A DNA stretch of 64,000 nucleotides, from assembly GCA_035702425.1 (NCBI GenBank), contig DASSQQ010000087.1, positions 12,143 to 76,142 on the forward strand, read 5' to 3'. The stretch comes from Gemmatimonadales bacterium (GTDB taxonomy: Bacteria; Gemmatimonadota; Gemmatimonadetes; Gemmatimonadales; GWC2-71-9). Of this stretch, positions 16,117 to 25,839 are shown piece after piece (position 1 is the stretch's first letter; each line of letters opens with the position of its first letter). The translations under genes and the position numbers were made by a program. Under the pieces are notes generated by a model that was not told where the DNA came from, ran no database searches, and worked only from the letters and a program-made list of their open reading frames with translations.

Positions 16117-16596
16117 TTACTGCCGGCGTCCGTTGCCGCGGTGTTCGCGGTCCAGGCCGTAGGCCTTCAGCCGGCGCCACAGCGTGGTGCGGCTGATGCC
16201 CAGGCGGCGCGCCGTCTCGGCAAGCTTGCCCGAAGTCGCGCGCAGCGTGTCCACGATGGCCTCGCGTTCCTGCTCGGCCAGGGTGCGCGGCCCGTCGGAG
16301 GTCGGCACGAAAACCGCTTCGCCCAGCTCGGCGGGGCCGGCCTTGAGCGGAACGGTGCGCGCGCCCAGCGCCGAGAGCCGCGGGCGCAGCTGCTCCGCGC
16401 GCGGCGCCGTCGCGTTCTGGTTCACGCCCAGCGCCTGGCGCGCCCTGGTGTTCAAGTAAAGCGCCTTGCCCGCGGCGTCGAACACCACGAGGCCTTCGCC
16501 CAGCGCGTCCATTACCGCACGGCCGATCTGGCTGGGGAACGGTTGAGCCGGGGTTGGCGTCACACCAGCATTGTTCGTCGTCATCGGCATACCCAT
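16117..16596 (-). CDS. Small Fis-type HTH transcriptional regulator with PAS-like N-terminal part
   Basis: 159-aa ORF with a C-terminal Fis-type HTH (ETARRLGISRTTLWRRLKAYGL). It has no AAA+ domain. Confidence 0.7.
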   Translation of the reverse strand: MGMPMTTNNAGVTPTPAQPFPSQIGRAVMDALGEGLVVFDAAGKALYLNTRARQALGVNQNATAPRAEQLRPRLSALGARTVPLKAGPAELGEAVFVPTSDGPRTLAEQEREAIVDTLRATSGKLAETARRLGISRTTLWRRLKAYGLDREHRGNGRRQ

Positions 16597-16690
16597 AGCA
16601 CCACTCCCTGACTAGAGGGGCGTCACAATTCCGAACCCTTCTAAGTGAAGACCCCTCACACGGCCCGAAGTCACAGCTCGGGACGCCGGA

Positions 16691-19246
16691 CTAGCGGCGC
16701 CGGGGCCGACGGCCACCCCGCGTGAGACGCCCTCGCTCTCCGCGGGTGAGACCCCCAAGCTGGCGCTTGAGTTCCTCGATGGATCCCGCGCGAATCGCTT
16801 CGTGGCGCCCGCGCAACACCGTGAGGCGGAGGGGACGGTCGAACGCCGGGAGGTCCTCCTCACGGAGACGCCGCGCCTGCCCCTCCCGCAGCACGAGGCG
16901 TACCACGCCACCCGCCGGCTCGACGTCATACTCGAGGGGCGCGCGATCGCCATAAAGGGGGAGTGACGCGGGCAGCGCGTCGAGCCGCGCCCGCTCGGAC
17001 TCGGGGATGGCGGCGAGGGGATCGAGCTCGAGCCGGGTGGCGATGAAGTCGTCCCACGATCCGACGCGCGCGAGCTGCGCGCCGAGGAAGGCGTGCGCCC
17101 GCTCCGGGTTCGCGGCGGCGAGGGTTCCGCCCGACCGCCGCCAGTAGAAGGCGAAGCGCGCCAGCGCGCGCGCGACGCGGGTCTGGTCGGGATGCGGCGT
17201 CTCCCCCGCCGCGAGCGCGGCCACCAGCGCCCCGCGCGCCGCGGCCTCGAGCTCCGGGGGGAAGCGTCCGGTGAGCGGCTCGGTGTCCCGCTCCAGCAGG
17301 AAGCCGAAGTACTCGAGGGTCCGCTCCACCAGCAAACCCTCGCGCTTCTTCCGCCGGCCGAAGGTGACGGTCGGCGCGCCGCGCCGGGCGTAGCGGCGGA
17401 TCACGCGTTCCGGAATCTGGGTGCCCTCGATCGCCGCCCGGGGCACCCCGAACCGGTCGGCGAAGTAGCGCAGCGATCCCGCGATCGCCCCCCAGCTCCC
17501 GCACACCGATCCGCGCGAGACCCGCGCCTCCTGGCCGTCGGCGGTGGACTCATCGATCACGAGATCGAAGGGCATGATCTTCCCCACCAGGTCCTGGAAC
17601 GCATGGCGCTCGGCGTCTCCGGCGCGGGGGAGCTTTTCGGGAAGCGGGAGCTCCAGCTGGCGGTAGACGGAGGCCGTGCCCAGCGCCACGTCCTCGATCG
17701 CTTTCACCAGCACGCCCCGGCGCTCGGCCCAGTCGTCTATCCCTTCATCGAAGAGGTGGCGCGGTAACCCGTAGACCGCGCCCAGGCGCCCGTGCCGGTT
17801 CACCGCCTCGGCGAACAGGTTGTACGCGGTGAGGTGGTCGCTCCCGGGAACGATCAAGCCCTTCAGGTCCCGCTCCTCGCGCGTCATCCGGTGCAGGGAC
17901 TCGATGTTCGCGGCCACCGCCACCAGCGGCACCAGCGCCGTCTCCGCCTGCACCAGGAGCTCGCCCCAGGGGCGCTCCACCGGCATCGCCTCGACGTCCT
18001 TGCCGTAGCGCGTCAACCGGCCGGCCTCGACCAGCCCCCGCTCGGTGAGCCGCTCGATCGCGCGGCGATAGGCGCGGCGGTCCAGGGGAACCGGGAGCTC
18101 GAGATCCTGCGCGTCCACGCCGATCGCCGCGCAGGTGATGGCGACGCGCTCCGCGTCGCCCGCCAGCTGGAATTCGGGCGGCGCCGGGCGCAACTGATCG
18201 AACGCCAGGTGGCGGTCGGACAGGATGTAGACCTCCCCGCCCTCCACCCGGCCGTGCACCCGGCCCGCCATCTGCAGGATCTCGTTGGCGCCCAGGTAGA
18301 GCCGGGTGAGCACGTTCTTGCCCCGCTCCACCACGTTGGCGTAGCGGGCGTCGTAGATCACCACCGTATCGAGCCCGCGGATGTTGAGCGCCGACTGCCC
18401 CGCGGCGGTCATGGCGAGGAGGAAGGGCCGCTGCACCGCGCCGTCCAAAAAGGGACGGATCACGCGGATCGGCTCCCCGCCGTGATAGAACGCGGTGGCG
18501 AGACGCTGCCAGCGGTCCCCCAGCTCCTTCGCGATGCCTTCCACTTCCGCGCGGGTGGGGACGAACACCCCGACGCCGCGCCGCTCGGCCAGCACCCGCC
18601 GGATGAAGCGCTCGTTCAGGAACTCGAGCGGCCGCTCCGCCAGCACCCGCACCTTCGCCGCGCGCGCGGGGTCGAAGGCCCGGGTCTCGAGCACTTCGGC
18701 GGACTCGAGATAGGTGGCGTAGAACGCGGGATCCACCGTGGCCGAGAGCCAGATGAAGCGGCACCGCGCGCGCTTGCCCAGCGCCAGGCAGAGCTCGAGC
18801 TCGGCCGAGGTCTGGTGGATCTCGTCCACCACCAGGGTGTCCCGCGCGGTGATCAGGCCGTCCTGGAACCAGCGCCGCGCGATGCCCGTGGTCACGATCA
18901 CGACGTTCCAGGTCGGCGTTTCCGGCGTGGCTTCGCGCTCCCGATTCACGACACCCACCCGCAGCGTCCTGGTGCCGAGGATGGTTTCCGCCATGGGGCG
19001 GATGGCGAGGGTCTTGCCGGTGCCCGTGCCCGCGACGATGCCGAAGCCCCGCTTGGATTCCGCCAGGCGGCGGATGTCGTCGCCGTGCTCGCGGGTGAGC
19101 AGGGTTTCGAGATCGAGAGAAAACGAGAGCTCGATGGTTTCGCAGGCGGCGCGCGTCGGCGCGATGACGATCACCCGCCCGGTGGGCTCGGCGGCGAGAA
19201 AGGCGGCTCTGTCGGGGGGAAGAAAGTGATCGCGGACGGGGGGCAC
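16691..19246 (-). CDS. DEAH-box ATP-dependent helicase, compact HrpA/HrpB-like
   Basis: 851-aa ORF with Walker A GTGTGKT, the VVDEIHQ DEIH box, an SAT motif, a helicase C domain, and HA2/OB-like and HrpA-C-terminal-like regions. Confidence 0.8.
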   Translation of the reverse strand: MPPVRDHFLPPDRAAFLAAEPTGRVIVIAPTRAACETIELSFSLDLETLLTREHGDDIRRLAESKRGFGIVAGTGTGKTLAIRPMAETILGTRTLRVGVVNREREATPETPTWNVVIVTTGIARRWFQDGLITARDTLVVDEIHQTSAELELCLALGKRARCRFIWLSATVDPAFYATYLESAEVLETRAFDPARAAKVRVLAERPLEFLNERFIRRVLAERRGVGVFVPTRAEVEGIAKELGDRWQRLATAFYHGGEPIRVIRPFLDGAVQRPFLLAMTAAGQSALNIRGLDTVVIYDARYANVVERGKNVLTRLYLGANEILQMAGRVHGRVEGGEVYILSDRHLAFDQLRPAPPEFQLAGDAERVAITCAAIGVDAQDLELPVPLDRRAYRRAIERLTERGLVEAGRLTRYGKDVEAMPVERPWGELLVQAETALVPLVAVAANIESLHRMTREERDLKGLIVPGSDHLTAYNLFAEAVNRHGRLGAVYGLPRHLFDEGIDDWAERRGVLVKAIEDVALGTASVYRQLELPLPEKLPRAGDAERHAFQDLVGKIMPFDLVIDESTADGQEARVSRGSVCGSWGAIAGSLRYFADRFGVPRAAIEGTQIPERVIRRYARRGAPTVTFGRRKKREGLLVERTLEYFGFLLERDTEPLTGRFPPELEAAARGALVAALAAGETPHPDQTRVARALARFAFYWRRSGGTLAAANPERAHAFLGAQLARVGSWDDFIATRLELDPLAAIPESERARLDALPASLPLYGDRAPLEYDVEPAGGVVRLVLREGQARRLREEDLPAFDRPLRLTVLRGRHEAIRAGSIEELKRQLGGLTRGERGRLTRGGRRPRRR

Positions 19247-19265
19247 GGCTCAATATACCGAAGTC

Positions 19266-20333
19266 TCAGTCTCCGAAGCTGACCCCCAGCTCCCGCGCGG
19301 TGGCCATGGCATCGGAGTCGAGGGGCACCGACCGCGCCTCGGAGAGCGCGGTGGCGAGCGGGACGGAGGTGAGCGCGCCCGCGCGCAGCGCGACCATCTC
19401 ATCGAACCGTCCCGCGGCGACCAGTCGCACCGCGCCCGCTCCGAAGCGGAGTGCCAGGCCCCGGTCGAAGGTGGTGGGGCTCCCGCCGCGCTGCAGATGG
19501 CCGAGCACCAGACTGCGGGTCTCCTTGCCGGTGCCGGTGGCGATCGCCCGCGCCACTTTCTCCGCCACGCCGCCCAGGCGCCGCCGGTCCTGGTCCAGGA
19601 AGCTCTCTTCGCCCCCCCGCGGCACGGCGCCCTCGGCCACCACCACGATGCTGAACCGCCGGCCCTCGGCGTCGCGGCGCCGGATCTTGTCGCACACCCT
19701 CGCCAGGGTGAACGGAATTTCGGGGATCAGGATGACGTCGGCCGATCCCGCGAGTCCCGCCGCCAGCGCGATGAAGCCCGCGCGCCGCCCCATGACCTCG
19801 ACCACCATCACCCGCTCGTGACTCTCGGCCGTCGAATGCAGCTTGTCGATCGCGTCGGTGGCGGTGGCGACGGCGGTGTCGAACCCGAAGCAGGTTTCGG
19901 TGCCGCCCACGTCGTTGTCGATGGTCTTGGGTACGCCGACGACCGGGACTCCCTTGGCGTGCAGGCGGTGCGCGATCGACAGCGAGCCGTCCCCGCCGAT
20001 GGCGATCAGCGCGTCGAACTGGCGGGTCCGGAACGCCTGCACCAGCTCGTCGGAGCGGTCGCGCTCGGTGGTGGTGCCGTCGGGGTGCGTGGTGGGCCAG
20101 CGAAACGGATCGCCGCGATTGGTGGTGCCCAGGATGGTGCCGCCCAGGTGGGTGATGCCGCGGACGTCGCCGGGGCCGAGCCTGACGCAGCCGTCGTCCG
20201 CCAGCAGTCCGCCGTAGCTCTTCCGGATTCCCCAGCACTCCCAGCCGCGGTGGTGGGCCGCGAGCACGGCGCCGCGAATCACCGCGTTCAGGCCGGGCGC
20301 GTCACCCCCGCCCGTGGTGACCGCGACTTTCAA
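19266..20333 (-). CDS. pfkA: 6-phosphofructokinase
   Basis: 355-aa ORF with the GGDAPGLNAVIRG, IGGDGS and PKTIDND motifs. The start codon is TTG and overlaps the stop of the upstream selenoprotein gene (TTGA). Confidence 0.9.
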   Translation of the reverse strand: MKVAVTTGGGDAPGLNAVIRGAVLAAHHRGWECWGIRKSYGGLLADDGCVRLGPGDVRGITHLGGTILGTTNRGDPFRWPTTHPDGTTTERDRSDELVQAFRTRQFDALIAIGGDGSLSIAHRLHAKGVPVVGVPKTIDNDVGGTETCFGFDTAVATATDAIDKLHSTAESHERVMVVEVMGRRAGFIALAAGLAGSADVILIPEIPFTLARVCDKIRRRDAEGRRFSIVVVAEGAVPRGGEESFLDQDRRRLGGVAEKVARAIATGTGKETRSLVLGHLQRGGSPTTFDRGLALRFGAGAVRLVAAGRFDEMVALRAGALTSVPLATALSEARSVPLDSDAMATARELGVSFGD

Positions 20334-20560
20334 GACCCGAGGTCGGCGAGAAGTCGGACCACTTCCCCGGGCTGGGCGTGGCGCCCCAGGGCCCGCTTGG
20401 AGAACACGAGGTGCCCGTCCGCCTCCACCTCGAAGAGTCCGCCGGAGGACTGAATGAGTTTGACCTCAGCGCGGGGGAAGGTCTTCCGGATTTCGGCCGC
20501 CAAACTGGTGGCCCGGGGTTCGTAGTTTCAGACGACGCAGTACGTGATCTGGACGTGCAT
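20330..20560 (-). CDS. SelW/Rdx-family selenoprotein (in-frame UGA read as Sec at 20530..20528)
   Basis: Not in the ORF track. The minus-strand translation is MHVQITYCVV-U-NYEPRATSLAAEIRKTFPRAEVKLIQSSGGLFEVEADGHLVFSKRALGRHAQPGEVVRLLADLGS, 76 aa. It has a CxxU redox motif and the GGxFEV..DG.LVFSK core typical of the Rdx fold. GC3-rich coding continues past the TGA. Confidence 0.8.
20495..20513 (-). promoter_or_regulatory. Putative bacterial SECIS hairpin
   Basis: The RNA GGCCACC-AGUUU-GGCGGCC forms 6 bp plus one A.C mismatch and starts 15 nt after the UGA. The G/U-containing apical loop lies 23 nt downstream of the UGA. Confidence 0.45.
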
Positions 20561-20580
20561 GACCTCTACGATAGTCGTGC

Positions 20581-22761
20581 TTGACACGCCGCGCCACACG
20601 GCGGAGCTTGCGCGACACCGTGACCGCCGTCCCCGTCTCTCCCGCTGGCTCCGGCCGGACGCGCATCGGCCCGCTGGGGCTCCGCGTCCTCATCACCGTC
20701 GGCGCCGCCGTCGCCTACGGGTGGGTGTTGTCGAACGCGTTCCGCGGCACTCTTCCCCTCGGCTCGAGCCCGGCGCTGCTCGGCGCCGGGATCGTCGCGG
20801 CCGGCGCCCTCTCCCGCCGCTTCGGGCTCCCGCTCCCCGGCAACGGCTTTTCCTCCTATATCCTGGGCGTCGTGGCGTTCGCGGTGCTGGACCGCGGTCC
20901 CGCCCTCGCGGTGCTGGTGGCGCCCATCGCCATGACGATCGGCGACATCGCCCTGCGGCGGATCCCCATCCGCGCCGCCCTCTTCAACGCCGCGCATCTC
21001 ACCCTCGGCACCTCGGTGGTCGGCTGGGTATACGCCCGGACCGGGGGGCTCTCCGGTCCCGCCGCGCTCACCGGGGCGAACGCGCTCCCGCTGGCCCTCT
21101 TCCTTATTCTCCTGCCCGCGGTCGTCAACGGCACCTTCTACCTCGAGCTCGCGTTCGGGCGCACCATCGCCTGGGTGGACGCCTGGCTCACCCTCCGGTG
21201 GGAGACCATCGTCTACATCGCGTCGGTGTGCCTGGCGCTCGCCTGGCTCGGGCTCTTCCAGAGCGATCTCCCCGCCGGCGGCGACGTGCTCGCGGGCGCC
21301 GCGCTCGCCCTGCTGACGGTGGGCAGCCTCTACGTCATCGGCATGGGGGTGCGGGCCGACGAGCTGCGCCTGGTCCAGCACCTGGCGCAGGCGATCGCCG
21401 GGGACGTCAGTCTCTCCCGCAACTTCTCGCGCATCCAGGACCTCACCCGGCGCCTCGTCTCCTGGGAGCACATGGGGTTCGCGCGCTATCAGCCGAAGAC
21501 GAGGGAGATGAGCCTGGTGGCCGACACCGCCGTCGCCGAGGACCGCCCCGCCTTCCGCTTCGACGCCGACGCCGGCCTCACCGGTGAAGCGATCCGCGCC
21601 CATCACGCCATCGTGGCCCACGACCTCCAGCGCCTGCAGGTCGTTTCCCCCGGAGGCGAGACACCCGGCTCCGAAGTTCTGGTGCCGCTGTATCACGCGA
21701 GCCAGCTGGTCGGCCTCTGGAGCATCCGGCACTCCGATCCCCTGATGTACCGCGACTCGGACGGAGAGCTGCTCTCTCTGCTCGCGCCCCAGATCGCCTT
21801 GATGCTGGCGCTCGAGGGATCGGTCCAGCCCGTCGTCGGCGCCACCGAGCAGCTCACGCACTACGTGCAGACCCTGACCGCGACCACGGAAGAGATTCAC
21901 GCGTCCAGCGAGGAGGTCGCGGCCTCGGCCCAGCGGGCGAGCCACGGGACCGGCGAAGCCGCGAAGATCGTGGACGCGATCACGGCGGAGGCGGACGGGA
22001 TGAAGCAGGCGGCGGCCGATCTCACCGCCGCGGGCGACGCCACCCGCGACGCCGGCGCGGAAATGGAGCGCACCGCGGAGAAGGTCCGCGGCGCGATGCA
22101 GGACGCCGCCCGCCACCTCGCGGACCTGGGCGCCACCACCGACGAGGGCGTGGTCGAGGTCCGCCGCCTGCGCGACGTCGCGGCGCAGGTGGAGAAGTTC
22201 TCCGAGACCATCGGCTTCGTCGCCAACCAGACCAACCTGCTGGCGCTGAACGCGACCATCGAAGCCGCGCGGGCCGGCGTCCACGGTCACGGCTTCGCGG
22301 TGGTCGCGGACGAAGTGCACAAGCTGGCCGAAGAGAGCAGCCGGGAGGCGCGAAACGTCGGCAAGTCGGTGGGCGACACCCGGCGCGCGCTGGACCGCGC
22401 GGCCCAGCTCCTGGAGCGGATCCGCGCCGATCTGGCCGGCGTGGTACAAACCTCGGGCGAATGGGTAGAAGACCTGAACCGCATCGCGCTCGCCGCGGCC
22501 TCCACCGCGAAATCCGGCAAGCGGGTCGCCGAGGTCGCCCGCGCGAACGCGGAGCAGGCGGGCCGGATGACCGAGTCGCTCCATCAGGCCAAGACCATCG
22601 CCCAGACCTCCACTCAGGAAGCCGAGGCGGTCGCCGCCGCGGCGTCGGAGCAGCTGAAAGCGATTGAGGAACTCGCGCAGGGCGCCACCGAGCTGGCGCA
22701 GCTCGCCGACCAGTTGGCCCTCGCGGTGCGTTTCGTGCGAGGCGAGAACGGTCACTCGTAA
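20581..22761 (+). CDS. Methyl-accepting chemotaxis protein with multi-TM and GAF-like input region
   Basis: 726-aa ORF carrying the conserved MCP signalling hairpin [35 protein letters not shown]. The N-terminus has about 7-8 hydrophobic helices followed by a GAF-like segment. The start is uncertain (TTG 20581 or a later GTG). Confidence 0.85.
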   Translation: MTRRATRRSLRDTVTAVPVSPAGSGRTRIGPLGLRVLITVGAAVAYGWVLSNAFRGTLPLGSSPALLGAGIVAAGALSRRFGLPLPGNGFSSYILGVVAFAVLDRGPALAVLVAPIAMTIGDIALRRIPIRAALFNAAHLTLGTSVVGWVYARTGGLSGPAALTGANALPLALFLILLPAVVNGTFYLELAFGRTIAWVDAWLTLRWETIVYIASVCLALAWLGLFQSDLPAGGDVLAGAALALLTVGSLYVIGMGVRADELRLVQHLAQAIAGDVSLSRNFSRIQDLTRRLVSWEHMGFARYQPKTREMSLVADTAVAEDRPAFRFDADAGLTGEAIRAHHAIVAHDLQRLQVVSPGGETPGSEVLVPLYHASQLVGLWSIRHSDPLMYRDSDGELLSLLAPQIALMLALEGSVQPVVGATEQLTHYVQTLTATTEEIHASSEEVAASAQRASHGTGEAAKIVDAITAEADGMKQAAADLTAAGDATRDAGAEMERTAEKVRGAMQDAARHLADLGATTDEGVVEVRRLRDVAAQVEKFSETIGFVANQTNLLALNATIEAARAGVHGHGFAVVADEVHKLAEESSREARNVGKSVGDTRRALDRAAQLLERIRADLAGVVQTSGEWVEDLNRIALAAASTAKSGKRVAEVARANAEQAGRMTESLHQAKTIAQTSTQEAEAVAAAASEQLKAIEELAQGATELAQLADQLALAVRFVRGENGHS

Positions 22762-24196
22762 CCTCGCCCTGGCCGCCGTCGCCGCCGGGGCGCTCGCCTG
22801 CGCCGGCGACATCTCGGCTCCTCCGCCCCCCGTCCCCCGCATCGATTACGTCGCCGGCGCGATCGAGCCGATCCTGGTCCGGGGCGAGTCGGTCGTCATC
22901 GAGGGCTTCGGCTTCGGCGCCACGCCGGGGGCCGTGACCTTCGCGGGACGCGCCGCCCCGGTGGACTCCGCGTCCTGGACCGATCTCTCCGTCGAAGTGA
23001 CCGTCCCCGACAGCGCGACGAGCGGGGCCGTCACCGTGATCACCTCCGCCGGCCGCCAGCTCACCGCCGTCGCCCACGTCCTGCCGCACGTCGTATTCGA
23101 TCCCGCGACCCTCGCCTGGCAGGCCGCGCCCGCGACGTTCCCCCGCGCGCCGGTCGGCGTCGCCCTCGCCGCGGCCCAGCGGCCCGTCGGCCCGGACATC
23201 GCGGTTACCTTTTACGCGGCCGGAGGCGCCGAGCCCTTCGGGGACTCGCTGCAGATGATTCCGGACTCCGGGGTGTACGTGGCCCACGCCGACCCCGGAA
23301 CCCCGATCTCCGCCTGGGTGCGCCAGCGCGACACCACCTCCGCCTTCGCGAGCCACGTGCTCCCCCAGCCCCGCGCGTTCGCCGCGGCGGCGGCCGCCAC
23401 CCGGTACAATTCCCACGCCGTGGTGGGCGCCCTCTACGTCATCGGCGGGATCGACACCGCCGGCCACGCCCAGTCTTCGGTCTTCGCCGCGCCCATCGAC
23501 GCCGACAGCGTTCTCGGCCCCTTCGTTTCGCTCACCAGTCTCCCCGTCCCCGTCGCCGGCGCGATCGCCGTGGTGCGGCGCGGCCGCATTTACGTCTTCG
23601 GCGGCGCCGACTCCACCGGACACCCGCAGACCACCGTCCTCGTGGGACGGGTGAACTCGGACGGCAGCATCGACGGCTGGTACCAGGAGCCGGGGCTCTC
23701 CGCCGCGCGCGCTTATGGCGGCGGCGTGGTGCGGGACCACCGGGCCCTCGTCTTCGGCGGCCGAGGCGACAGCGTCCCCCCCGGCGGCGGGCTCGACACC
23801 GCCGCCCTGCCCCTGGGCTCGAGCGACACCGCGTCGGTCAGTCCGGCCTCGGGATTCTTCACCGCGGGCTGGGCCACCGGGCGCACCCTGCTGCCCGCGG
23901 GGCGCTCCCAGTTCGCGACCCTCGACCTGTCGGACGTGATTCTGGTGGTGGGCGGACTCTACCCGGGGGCCGCCGGGAACGCCGCCGAAACCCTCGCCGC
24001 CGCCGCCGCCGGCGATTCGGTCGGCGACTTCAGCGGTCCCGTCGGCACCGCGACGATCTTCGGCCAGGGCGGCGGTACGCTGGTCGGACCCGCCGGCGTC
24101 TCATGGCGAGACGGGGCCGGAAAGGCCCACGGGCTGGTGCTCGGCGGGATGGATCTGGCCACCCGCCTGCGCAAGGCGGGCGTCTGGTCTTTCTGA
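22664..24196 (+). CDS. Lipoprotein with IPT/TIG-like and Kelch-repeat beta-propeller domains (start uncertain)
   Basis: Kelch-like repeats are present (..ALYVIGG.., ..RIYVFGG.., ..ALVFGG.., ..ILVVGG..). The lipoprotein signal [17 protein letters not shown] begins at about 22748. The only canonical in-frame start is TTG 22664, which lies 98 nt inside the MCP gene. Confidence 0.7.
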   Translation: MRNSRRAPPSWRSSPTSWPSRCVSCEARTVTRNLALAAVAAGALACAGDISAPPPPVPRIDYVAGAIEPILVRGESVVIEGFGFGATPGAVTFAGRAAPVDSASWTDLSVEVTVPDSATSGAVTVITSAGRQLTAVAHVLPHVVFDPATLAWQAAPATFPRAPVGVALAAAQRPVGPDIAVTFYAAGGAEPFGDSLQMIPDSGVYVAHADPGTPISAWVRQRDTTSAFASHVLPQPRAFAAAAAATRYNSHAVVGALYVIGGIDTAGHAQSSVFAAPIDADSVLGPFVSLTSLPVPVAGAIAVVRRGRIYVFGGADSTGHPQTTVLVGRVNSDGSIDGWYQEPGLSAARAYGGGVVRDHRALVFGGRGDSVPPGGGLDTAALPLGSSDTASVSPASGFFTAGWATGRTLLPAGRSQFATLDLSDVILVVGGLYPGAAGNAAETLAAAAAGDSVGDFSGPVGTATIFGQGGGTLVGPAGVSWRDGAGKAHGLVLGGMDLATRLRKAGVWSF

Positions 24197-24224
24197 GCGC
24201 GCCCTCCCTCGTTACCATGTCGGG

Positions 24225-25793
24225 GTGCTCCGACTAGGCCGCCGCCCCTGCCGGGCGCTCGCGATCGTCGCCGGGGGACTCGCCGCCGGCGTGAGTCCCC
24301 TCCTCGCGCAACGCGCGCATCAGCTCGAGGTCGGCGCCTTCGGCTCCTACAACAGCTTCGACGGCGCCTACCATCTCAAGGATCACATCGGCGAGGGCGC
24401 GCGGGTCGGATTTTTCCTGCTGGGCCACACCCTCGGCCTCGAGCTCGACGGCGGCTACGTGCACCCGGTCGCCGATTCCGGCACCGGCAGCGCCCAGGTC
24501 TACACCGGCAGCGCGAGCCTCGTCTTCAATTTCGTCGCCGGACATTCCAGCGTGTACGTCCTCGGCGGCTACACCCGGCTCAATTTCCGCGGCAACAGTC
24601 AATTCACCGACGCCGCGTTCCACGTCGGCTACGGCGACCGCATCCTTCTGGGCGACCGCCTCGCCCTGCGGCTCGAAGCCCGCAACATCTTCACGCCGAC
24701 CAGCAAGCTCCCGGTCTCGTCGCCCCCCAAGTGGGCGATGCACATCCAGGGCACCGCCGGCGTGTCGGTGCTGCTGTTCGGACACTTCGGGCCTCCCCCC
24801 GACGCCGACTCGGACGGCGTCGCGGACAAGCACGACGCCTGCCCCGCGACCCCGCGCGGCGCCACAGTCGATGAGCGCGGGTGCCCGCACGACGCGGACG
24901 GCGACGGCGTCTACGACGGAATCGACAAGTGCCCCAGCACGCCCGCGGGTGCCAAGGTGGACGTCGCCGGGTGTCCCACCGACGCCGACAAGGACGGCGT
25001 CTTCGACGGACTCGACCGCTGCCCCAACACGCCCCTCGGCGTGAAGGTGGACGTCGCCGGGTGCCCGGTGGACTCGGACAAGGACGGCGTGACCGACGAC
25101 CTCGACAAGTGTCCCAATACGCCGGTCGGCGCCAAGGTGGACGCCACCGGTTGCCCCATCGACACCGACAAGGACGGCGTGCCGGACGGGATCGATCAGT
25201 GCGTGGCGACGCCGTTCGGCGCCACCGTGGACGCGACCGGGTGCCCCCTCGATTCCGACAAGGACGGGGTCTACGACGGGCTCGACCAGTGTCCCAACAC
25301 GCCCGCGGGCACCCAGGTGGACCCGCGCGGCTGTCCCGCCAATCTCGACACCGACAAGGACGGGGTCCTGGACTCCGTCGACAAGTGCCCCAACACCCCG
25401 CCCGGCACCAGCGTGGACGCCACCGGCTGTCCGATTCTCTTCACCACCAAGCGCACCGCGCTGGTGCTGCGGGGAGTGAACTTCGAGGTGGGACGCTCCG
25501 CCCTGACCGCCGACTCGTACGGCGTGCTCGACGGCGTGGCCGCGTCGCTGGTCGCCAATCCGGAGATCCGGATCGAGATCGCGGGTTACACCGACAACAC
25601 CGGCTCGGCGGCGGTGAACACCCGGCTCTCCCAGGCGCGCGCGGCCGCGGTGCGGGCCTACCTCGCGGCCAAGGGCGTGAGCCCGGACCGCATGGTGGCG
25701 CGCGGTTACGGACCGACCCATCCGCTCGCGCCCAACACCACGGCGGCGGGGCGCGCCCGGAACCGCCGGGTCGAACTGCACCAGCTCCCGTAG
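24225..25793 (+). CDS. OmpA-family outer membrane protein with thrombospondin type-3 (Ca-binding) repeats
   Basis: 522-aa ORF with a signal peptide and an N-terminal beta-barrel-like part. It has about 8 repeats of DxDxDGVxDxxDxCPxTPxGxxVDxxGCP. The C-terminal OmpA domain reads IAGYTDNTGSAAVNTRLSQARA...NRRVEL. Confidence 0.85.
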   Translation: MLRLGRRPCRALAIVAGGLAAGVSPLLAQRAHQLEVGAFGSYNSFDGAYHLKDHIGEGARVGFFLLGHTLGLELDGGYVHPVADSGTGSAQVYTGSASLVFNFVAGHSSVYVLGGYTRLNFRGNSQFTDAAFHVGYGDRILLGDRLALRLEARNIFTPTSKLPVSSPPKWAMHIQGTAGVSVLLFGHFGPPPDADSDGVADKHDACPATPRGATVDERGCPHDADGDGVYDGIDKCPSTPAGAKVDVAGCPTDADKDGVFDGLDRCPNTPLGVKVDVAGCPVDSDKDGVTDDLDKCPNTPVGAKVDATGCPIDTDKDGVPDGIDQCVATPFGATVDATGCPLDSDKDGVYDGLDQCPNTPAGTQVDPRGCPANLDTDKDGVLDSVDKCPNTPPGTSVDATGCPILFTTKRTALVLRGVNFEVGRSALTADSYGVLDGVAASLVANPEIRIEIAGYTDNTGSAAVNTRLSQARAAAVRAYLAAKGVSPDRMVARGYGPTHPLAPNTTAAGRARNRRVELHQLP

Positions 25794-25839
25794 CCCCCGG
25801 TCGCGCGGGAACGCGCGGCCCGGTATTTTACCGGCCCCG

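Noticed and set aside
20378-20584. The 68-aa + strand ORF and the 76-aa - strand ORF 20466..20696 in the pfk/MCP gap.
   Set aside because: Both are antisense or out of frame relative to the SelW-like gene. That gene explains the coding potential once TGA 20530..20528 is read as Sec.
24780-25400. Tandem DNA repeats of about 115-120 nt in the OmpA-family gene.
   Set aside because: They are fully explained by the eight thrombospondin type-3 Ca-binding protein repeats. The same reasoning applies to the ~93-nt periodicity at 59200-60100, which reflects HEAT repeats.
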